In this document: positions 23,018 to 29,251 of the stretch, one piece after another
How positions within the stretch are numbered: the first letter of the stretch is position 1
Layout: every line of letters begins with the position of its first letter
Origin: Fidelibacterota bacterium
GTDB lineage: Bacteria > Fidelibacterota > Fidelibacteria > Fidelibacterales > DSDE01
DNA length: 29,251 nt
Assembly: GCA_046735395.1 (NCBI GenBank)
Contig: JBJKQR010000058.1
Span: 1-29,251 of the forward strand
Direction of reading: 5' to 3'
Notes under the pieces: generated by a model
Database searches by the model: none
Told to the model about the DNA's origin: nothing
The model's input: only the letters and a program-made list of their open reading frames with translations
Translations under genes and position numbers: made by a program

Positions 23018-24750
23018 TGCTCACACATCTGACCATCCGAAATTTGGCTGTCATCAAGGATCTCGAAATCAAGTTTCGGGAGGGGATGTCCGTGATTACC
23101 GGAGAGACCGGTGCGGGAAAATCCATTATCATTGATGCGCTGGGCCTTATTCTGGGGGATCGGGCCAACACTCTGCTGGTGAGAGACGGAGAAGAAATCG
23201 CCTATATAACTGCCGAATTTACGGTTGAGGCCCGGCATCGCAGGCAGCTGATGGATATCCTCGATAAACTGGAAATTAACCTAGAGAATGACCTTGAAAT
23301 TCAGCGGGAGGTGAACCGGAACGGAAAGTCACGGGCGACCCTGAACGGATCCCATATCACAGTCGGAGATCTTCGTTCCATCGGCAGTTTACTTGTGGAA
23401 ATGCACGGACAGCATGAGCACCAGCGCCTTCTCGATCCGGAAAGTCATATGGGATATCTGGATGCCTGCATTCGGAATACGGATTTATTTTCCAGCCTTG
23501 AAAAAGCTTTCCGGGCCTTTCGGTCCTGTGATGAAGAGCTGAAAACCCTTACCCGTGACCGTCAGCGCTACGAAGCGGATTATGAATTAAAAACCTATCA
23601 TCTGGCTGAAATGGAGGCCCTGGACCTGAAGGACGGCGAACTCATTCAGCTGGAAGAGGAAGCCGCTATTCTGGAGCACAGCCACGAATTGAGTGAAGCC
23701 GCCGACATGATCGCCCAGTCGCTCTATGAAAGTGATGAAAATCTGGTTGACCAGCTCAAGGAAATCAAACGGTCCCTGTCCCGAATCAGTGCGGTGGATA
23801 CGGAACAGGCCGCATTGATGCCGGAACTGGAGACGGCTGTCATCAGCCTGACCGAACTGGGACGGAGCATGTCCGGATACCGGGACAGTATTCCGGATGA
23901 CCCGGGCAGACTGGATACGGTCCGGCACCGCCTTCATGAATTGTATCGGCTGGAAAAGAAACATCAGAAACCCTATCCGGAACTGTATTCCTATTACCTG
24001 AGCCTGAAAACGGAACTGCAGAACAGACAGGATTTTGATTCGGTCATGAAACGAAAAACGGCGGAACGGGAAGCATTGCGGTCGGACCTGACTTCGGCAG
24101 CCGCCCGGCTCTCGGAACGGCGTCGTCAGGAAGCCCGGGATTTTGCCGCCTCCATCAATGATATTCTGAGAAAAATGGGGATGAAGCATGCCTCGCTGTC
24201 TGTCTCCTTCAGTACGGCCGCAGCCGGAAGTTCTGATAATTGGGTCGTGTCGGGGAATGACAGGGTTCATGTCAACGAAAACGGAATTGATGTGGCTGAA
24301 TTTCTGATCATCACCAATCCGGGAGAAAATTTCAAGCCACTCAGCCAGGTCGTATCCGGCGGTGAATTATCACGGGTTATGCTTGCCATAAAGGGAACCC
24401 TGAGCGAAAAAGACGTGACAGCCACACTTATTTTTGATGAAGCTGATGCGGGAATATCCGGACAGATTGCACGAACGGTCGGAGAACAGATTCTGGATCT
24501 GGCCGGACACCACCAGGTTCTCTGCATCACTCACCTGCCCCAGATCGCGTCTCTGGGACATTCTCATTTTCAAGTCACGAAAACAACCGGCAGCGGACAC
24601 AGCGAGACGACGATGACCCTGTTGTCCGATGAGGAAAGGATTCGGGAAATCGCCTCACTCATTTCAGCAGGACCCATCAGTCAGGCATCTCTGCAGACCG
24701 CGACAGAACTGCTGAATCAACAAAAAGGGACTTATGGAACAACGAATTAA
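23017..24750 (+). CDS. recN: DNA repair protein RecN
   Basis: TGETGAGKS, HGQHEHQ, coiled coil, SGGELSR.MLA, LIFDE.DAGISG and ITHLPQIA motifs. Confidence 0.97.
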   Translation: MLTHLTIRNLAVIKDLEIKFREGMSVITGETGAGKSIIIDALGLILGDRANTLLVRDGEEIAYITAEFTVEARHRRQLMDILDKLEINLENDLEIQREVNRNGKSRATLNGSHITVGDLRSIGSLLVEMHGQHEHQRLLDPESHMGYLDACIRNTDLFSSLEKAFRAFRSCDEELKTLTRDRQRYEADYELKTYHLAEMEALDLKDGELIQLEEEAAILEHSHELSEAADMIAQSLYESDENLVDQLKEIKRSLSRISAVDTEQAALMPELETAVISLTELGRSMSGYRDSIPDDPGRLDTVRHRLHELYRLEKKHQKPYPELYSYYLSLKTELQNRQDFDSVMKRKTAEREALRSDLTSAAARLSERRRQEARDFAASINDILRKMGMKHASLSVSFSTAAAGSSDNWVVSGNDRVHVNENGIDVAEFLIITNPGENFKPLSQVVSGGELSRVMLAIKGTLSEKDVTATLIFDEADAGISGQIARTVGEQILDLAGHHQVLCITHLPQIASLGHSHFQVTKTTGSGHSETTMTLLSDEERIREIASLISAGPISQASLQTATELLNQQKGTYGTTN

Positions 24751-26176
24751 GGATGAATGCATCCGCCTCTTCGAAACGTGGTCAGGACAGACTGCCGAAA
24801 CCTTCACGGCTCTGCCTCTGTCCGGATCGGACCGGCGCTATTTCCGGATGCAGAGCCAGGACAAATCCGCGATTGCAGCCTGGAACCCGGATATAAAGGA
24901 AAATACGGCATTCATCACCTTCAGCCGGCATTTCCGGGCAAAGGGTTGCCGGGTCCCTCAGCTCTACGCGGTCAACGAGGAAAAGGATGTCTATCTCCAG
25001 GAGGATCTGGGCGATGAGACCCTGTTCAGCCGGCTTTCCCGCAGCCGCAGCGACGATCATGATTTCCCCGAAAACCTGATTCAGCTTTACAAAAAAGTCC
25101 TGAAAGCCCTCCCCGCATTCCAGATCACAGCCGCTGCAGATCTGGATTATTCCGTCTGTTACCCCCGTTCCAAATTTGACAAGCAATCCATGATGTGGGA
25201 TCTCAATTACTTTAAATATTATTTCCTGAAACTGGCCCACATTCCCTTTGATGAGCAGGATCTGGAAAATGATTTTCACAGCTTCTGTGACTATCTGCTT
25301 CAGAGCCCTGCCGATCATTTTCTGTACCGGGATTTTCAGAGCAGGAATATCATGCTGGTCGATGAGGAGCCCTGGTTCATCGATTATCAGGGCGGACGCA
25401 AGGGAGCCCTTCAGTATGATCTCGCGTCCCTGATCTATGATGCAAAGGCCAGCATTCCCCAGTCTGTCCGCGTTGAGCTCCTGGATGAATACATTCGCGA
25501 ACTTTCCGCTATCCATCCCATTGATGAGAGTCAGTTCCGCATGTCCTATTACGGATTTGTTCTGATCCGGATCATGCAGGCCATGGGCGCTTACGGTTTT
25601 CGCGGATTCTACGAAAAAAAATTACATTTTCTCCAGAGTATTCCCCACGCTCTGGATAATCTGGTCTGGATTCTGAAAAATGTTGAGATTCCGGTTCAGC
25701 TGCCGGCCCTGATGCGGGTTCTGAACCTGCTGGTAAATTCAAAGGAACTGCGGCACATTTCCGCGCCGTCACATCGGCTGGAAGTGGAAGTCAGCAGTTT
25801 TTCCTACAAGCGGGGAATACCCGTTGACCGGAGCGGCCACGGCGGCGGATTTGTTTTTGACTGCCGATCTGTCGAAAATCCCGGAAAACAGGAGAAGTTC
25901 CGGGACCGCAGCGGGCTTGATCCGGAAGTGGGAAGCTTTATTGAAGGATTGGCGGAAAGCCGGGTCTTTTTCGATTCTGCCCGTCAGCTGGTGGACATGT
26001 CTGTACGGCGCTACATAGATCGGGATTTCGATCATCTGATGATCAGTTTCGGCTGTACGGGCGGACAGCACCGCTCCGTTTATTTTGCCCAGAAGATGGC
26101 GGATTACCTGAAGGAACATTATGATATACAGGTACGCTGCCGCCATATTGAACAGGATATGAAGGATCATCATTGA
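24734..26176 (+). CDS. AmgK-like aminoglycoside-phosphotransferase-family kinase fused to a RapZ C-terminal domain
   Basis: GSDRRYFR, EDLGD, YRDFQSRNIM, IDYQG and YDLASL (APH/AmgK); SFSYKRG.P, FVFDCR...NPG and FGCTGGQHRSV (RapZ-CTD). Confidence 0.88.
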   Translation: MEQRIKDECIRLFETWSGQTAETFTALPLSGSDRRYFRMQSQDKSAIAAWNPDIKENTAFITFSRHFRAKGCRVPQLYAVNEEKDVYLQEDLGDETLFSRLSRSRSDDHDFPENLIQLYKKVLKALPAFQITAAADLDYSVCYPRSKFDKQSMMWDLNYFKYYFLKLAHIPFDEQDLENDFHSFCDYLLQSPADHFLYRDFQSRNIMLVDEEPWFIDYQGGRKGALQYDLASLIYDAKASIPQSVRVELLDEYIRELSAIHPIDESQFRMSYYGFVLIRIMQAMGAYGFRGFYEKKLHFLQSIPHALDNLVWILKNVEIPVQLPALMRVLNLLVNSKELRHISAPSHRLEVEVSSFSYKRGIPVDRSGHGGGFVFDCRSVENPGKQEKFRDRSGLDPEVGSFIEGLAESRVFFDSARQLVDMSVRRYIDRDFDHLMISFGCTGGQHRSVYFAQKMADYLKEHYDIQVRCRHIEQDMKDHH

Positions 26177-26916
26177 AAAATGTAAAGGCCATGATACTGG
26201 CAGCCGGATACGGAAGCCGGCTCGGAACGCGGACCCAGGACACACCGAAGGCACTCATTCCGGTGGCCGGTACACCGCTGCTCGGACGTCTGCTGCAGAC
26301 ACTTCAGGACAGCGGAGTGGATTCTGTAGTTATCAATCTTCATCATTTCCCGGAACAGATCCGGGACTATTGCAGCGCTCATGACAATTTCGGCCTGAAT
26401 CTTCAGTTCAGCCAGGAAGATGGAGAGCCGCTGGGCACCGGGGGCGGACTGAAATTTGCCGAAAAATATTTCCATGCGGACGACGATATTCTGGTTTACA
26501 ATGTGGATATACTGTCCGACATCTCCATCCGTGATATGCTGAAGAAGCACCGGGCGAACGGCGCGGACATCACCCTGGCCGTACGGGAACGGGACAGCAG
26601 CCGTCAGCTGATGTTCAACGGCAGAAAAACTCTGGTCGGGTGGTGCAATACGGAAACAGGCCGGCGTATTCTCATCCCCGGGGCCGGGAGGAATCATCTC
26701 AATTTTGCATTCAGCGGCATCCATATCTGCAAAGCGGAGGGGCTGTCCGGATTCCCTGACGCAAAGAGCCCCTACAGTCTCACGGATATATGGCTGCAGC
26801 TTGCACCGTCTCTGAAGATACAGGCTTATATTCATAACGATGGATACTGGTTTGACTGCGGCAAACCGAACACACTTCAGGAAGCTGAAACATTCTTACA
26901 CAGGAGTCATAGATGA
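26173..26916 (+). CDS. MurU-like sugar-1-phosphate nucleotidyltransferase
   Basis: AMILAAG.GSRL...PKAL, LGTGGG, N.DI and WFDCGKP motifs; TTG start overlapping the kinase stop. Confidence 0.85.
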   Translation: MKNVKAMILAAGYGSRLGTRTQDTPKALIPVAGTPLLGRLLQTLQDSGVDSVVINLHHFPEQIRDYCSAHDNFGLNLQFSQEDGEPLGTGGGLKFAEKYFHADDDILVYNVDILSDISIRDMLKKHRANGADITLAVRERDSSRQLMFNGRKTLVGWCNTETGRRILIPGAGRNHLNFAFSGIHICKAEGLSGFPDAKSPYSLTDIWLQLAPSLKIQAYIHNDGYWFDCGKPNTLQEAETFLHRSHR

Positions 26917-27932
26917 TTGATCTGAGAAGTGATACGATAACGAAACCGACGGAGGCCATGCTGAAGGCCATGGTGTCAGCTCCGGTGGGAGATGATGTGC
27001 TGGGCGATGATCCGAGCGTACTTGCGCTGCAGAAACGGGTCTCAGCTCTGTTCGGCAAGGAAGACGGCGTCTTTGTTCCCAGCGGTACCATGAGCAACCA
27101 GATAGCCATAAAAGTTCATACCGTTCCCGGTTCCGAAGTGATCTGTGATGTGGGCGCCCATATCTATAATTATGAAGGAGGCGGGCCCTCCTTTCATTCC
27201 GGCGTTCAGGTCCGTCCGCTCTACAGCAACGACGGACGACTGGTTCCATCCCAGGTCGAAGCTGAAATCCGTCCCTGGGACAATGTCCATTTTGCTCCGA
27301 CGACTCTGATCGAAGTTGAAAATACGCATAACCGCGGCGGAGGTACCATCCTGCCGCTTGAAACAATCCAGCAGCTCCGAGCCGTTGCGGATAAATACGG
27401 AATTCCCATGCATCTGGATGGTGCGAGAATCTGGAATGCACACGTAGCCACCGGAATCGCCCTGTCCGAATACGGACGGTATTTTGATACGATTTCCGTG
27501 TGCTTCAGCAAGGGATTGGGTGCTCCAGTCGGTTCCATGCTCTTAGGCAGCCGGACGCATACGGAAAAAGCCCGGCGCTACCGGAAATTATTCGGCGGCG
27601 GCATGCGCCAGTCCGGGTATCTGGCCGCAGCGGCAGATTATGCCATTGACCATCACCTGGCCCGGCTTGCAGAAGATCACGCCAACGCAAAGCTCTTCGC
27701 GGAAACACTCAGCCGGAATCCGGCTTTTACTGTGGATCTTACAGAACTGCAGACCAATATCGTCATGATTGATATCAGAGATGAACGCAGCGCTGAATCG
27801 GTTCAGGCCGCGCTGGCAGAACGTGATATACACATGATGCCGGTTGGCCCCAAACGTCTCCGGGCCGTTTTTCATCTGCATATCAGCAAATCCGATGCGG
27901 AGGAAGCCGGGAAGGCTTTCCTGAATCTGTAG
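26913..27932 (+). CDS. ltaE: low-specificity L-threonine aldolase
   Basis: IDLRSDT.T.PT, GDDV..DP, PSGTM.N, ENTHN..GG, HLDGAR, CFSKGLGAPVGS (PLP Lys) and GGGMRQ motifs. Confidence 0.95.
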   Translation: MIDLRSDTITKPTEAMLKAMVSAPVGDDVLGDDPSVLALQKRVSALFGKEDGVFVPSGTMSNQIAIKVHTVPGSEVICDVGAHIYNYEGGGPSFHSGVQVRPLYSNDGRLVPSQVEAEIRPWDNVHFAPTTLIEVENTHNRGGGTILPLETIQQLRAVADKYGIPMHLDGARIWNAHVATGIALSEYGRYFDTISVCFSKGLGAPVGSMLLGSRTHTEKARRYRKLFGGGMRQSGYLAAAADYAIDHHLARLAEDHANAKLFAETLSRNPAFTVDLTELQTNIVMIDIRDERSAESVQAALAERDIHMMPVGPKRLRAVFHLHISKSDAEEAGKAFLNL

Positions 27933-27940
27933 GAGGTTAT

Positions 27941-28720
27941 ATGAACAGCTTCGTCACCCGGGAATGGGACGGAAAGATCTGTATCCTGCGCATCAACCGT
28001 CCCGATGCACTGAATTCGCTGAACACGGAAGTACTTACTTCACTTATTCGCGCATTTAATGAGGAAAGAGTAAACCCTGACACCGCAGGAATCATCCTGA
28101 GCGGAAGCGGTGACAAATCCTTTGTCGCGGGTGCGGATATCGAGGAGATGAAAACCATGACACCCGCCGGAGCACGACAGTTTTCCAGAACAGGCCAGGC
28201 GCTGACCCGACTTATCGAAACCTTCCCGAAACCCGTCATTGCGGCAGTCAATGGTTACGCGTTGGGCGGAGGAAATGAGCTGGCCATGGCAGCGCATATT
28301 CGAATTGCCTCTGATAATGCAAAATTCGGTCAGCCCGAGACCGGTTTGGGCCTCATCCCCGGTTTCGGCGGCACTCAACGTCTTCCCCGTCTCGTCGGGT
28401 TCGGCAAGGCCTGTGAACTGAATCTTACAGGACAGGTACTGAAAGCCGATCAGGCTGCATCCATCGGACTCGTGAATGAAGTCGTGCCCCGTGACCAGCT
28501 CATGGAGCGCTGCACAGCTGTCATGCACAGCATCATTTCAAAAGGCCCTGAGGCGACCCGCCTGACGCTGGAAGCCATGGTCCGCGGGCGTGACCTGCCC
28601 ATGGATGAAGCGCTGAACCTGGAAGCTGATCTCTTCGCTCTGACATTTACAACAACCGACCGGACAGAAGGGATCACAGCCTTTCTGGAAAAGAGAAAGG
28701 CCGACTTTAAAGGTGAATAA
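27941..28720 (+). CDS. enoyl-CoA hydratase (crotonase family)
   Basis: NRPDALNSL, FVAGADI, AAVNGYALGGG.ELA and FGQPE..LG.IPGFGGTQRL motifs; AGGAGG RBS. Confidence 0.93.
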   Translation: MNSFVTREWDGKICILRINRPDALNSLNTEVLTSLIRAFNEERVNPDTAGIILSGSGDKSFVAGADIEEMKTMTPAGARQFSRTGQALTRLIETFPKPVIAAVNGYALGGGNELAMAAHIRIASDNAKFGQPETGLGLIPGFGGTQRLPRLVGFGKACELNLTGQVLKADQAASIGLVNEVVPRDQLMERCTAVMHSIISKGPEATRLTLEAMVRGRDLPMDEALNLEADLFALTFTTTDRTEGITAFLEKRKADFKGE

Positions 28721-29132
28721 TCTCAGAATCTATTTTTCCGGCTCCATATCCGGCGGCAGAGACTTGCTGCAAAACTTCCGGATTATTGTTGAACGCCTGA
28801 AAACCTACGGCGCCGTTCTCACCGAGCATATTGCCGATCCGAATCTCGAAGCGGGTGGTGAGGATATGCACTCCGACGAAATATTTCAGAGGGATCTGGA
28901 ATTTCTGAATGATGCGGATATCATCATCGGGGAAGTAACGACTCCCTCACTCGGTGTCGGATACGAACTGGCCTGGGGAGTCGAACAGGGTAAGCCGGTT
29001 CATGCTCTTTTCTGCACGGCTTCCGGCCGCCGCCTGTCAGCCATGGTCGACGGAAATCCCGGCATACATGTCCACAGATACTCGGATGTGGGTGAACTGG
29101 CCGGAATTATCTCCAATATTTTCGAAAAATAA
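28713..29132 (+). CDS. DNPH1/Rcl-like 2'-deoxynucleoside-5'-monophosphate N-glycosidase (nucleoside 2-deoxyribosyltransferase fold)
   Basis: IYFSGSISGGR, VLTEH, IF.RD..L, EVT.PSLGVGYEL and LSAM motifs. Confidence 0.85.
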   Translation: MNNLRIYFSGSISGGRDLLQNFRIIVERLKTYGAVLTEHIADPNLEAGGEDMHSDEIFQRDLEFLNDADIIIGEVTTPSLGVGYELAWGVEQGKPVHALFCTASGRRLSAMVDGNPGIHVHRYSDVGELAGIISNIFEK

Positions 29133-29146
29133 TCATCCACAAACGC

Positions 29147-29171
29147 AAAGCTCCCCGCCTGGGGGAGCTTT
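29147..29171. terminator. hairpin terminator between convergent genes
   Basis: AAAGCTCCCC-GCCTG-GGGGAGCTTT, followed by a T-rich tract on +. Confidence 0.75.
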
Positions 29172-29211
29172 CATTTTCCTCGGGTCCGTCTATCGGAGTA
29201 TAAGTCAGGAA

Positions 29212-29250
29212 CTACTTCGAGATCTCGTTCAGCTTCTCTTTCAGGATTTC
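29212..29250 (-). CDS. probable 3' end of a gene truncated by the window edge (...EILKEKLNEISK*)
   Basis: - strand frame open from the window end to a TAG at 29214-29212, converging on the terminator; too short to identify. Confidence 0.4.
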   Translation of the reverse strand, partial: EILKEKLNEISK

Positions 29251-29251
29251 A

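Noticed and set aside
26913..27932. LtaE (acetaldehyde-producing) as the signature enzyme for the BMC genes
   Set aside because: It lies 18 kb away in another transcription unit and has no visible encapsulation-peptide extension.

Overview
A 29.3-kb, gene-dense stretch of bacterial core genome at moderately high GC. The protein set resembles FCB-group/Marinimicrobia-like anaerobes, but that is only an impression. Left to right: (1) a + strand shikimate operon (partial aroE, aroC, aroK, aroB, aroQ) continuing into a TlpA-type CxxC lipoprotein, a CPBP/CAAX-type protease and a membrane-anchored VOC-like protein; (2) a - strand pduS-like / pduT-like BMC-T / pruA unit with no other microcompartment genes in the window; (3) an intergenic region carrying two 43-bp palindrome-containing direct repeats; (4) comM/yifB; (5) - strand FGE-domain PKD lipoprotein, ClC-CBS-RCK_C transporter, hypothetical lipoprotein and galE; (6) pgk-tpiA-secG-tRNA-Leu(GAG)-TPR protein; (7) a tightly coupled ~8.8-kb + strand run of HAD phosphatase, nnr, VanZ, recN, AmgK-like kinase fused to a RapZ C-terminal domain, MurU-like nucleotidyltransferase, ltaE, enoyl-CoA hydratase and a DNPH1/Rcl-like N-glycosidase. 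I recognise no integrase, transposase, reverse transcriptase or cas genes. The best candidate for an undescribed system is the PduS-PduT redox module coupled to P5C/glutamate-semialdehyde dehydrogenase, together with the duplicated hairpin element upstream of it. All calls come from reading motifs by eye; no searches were run.
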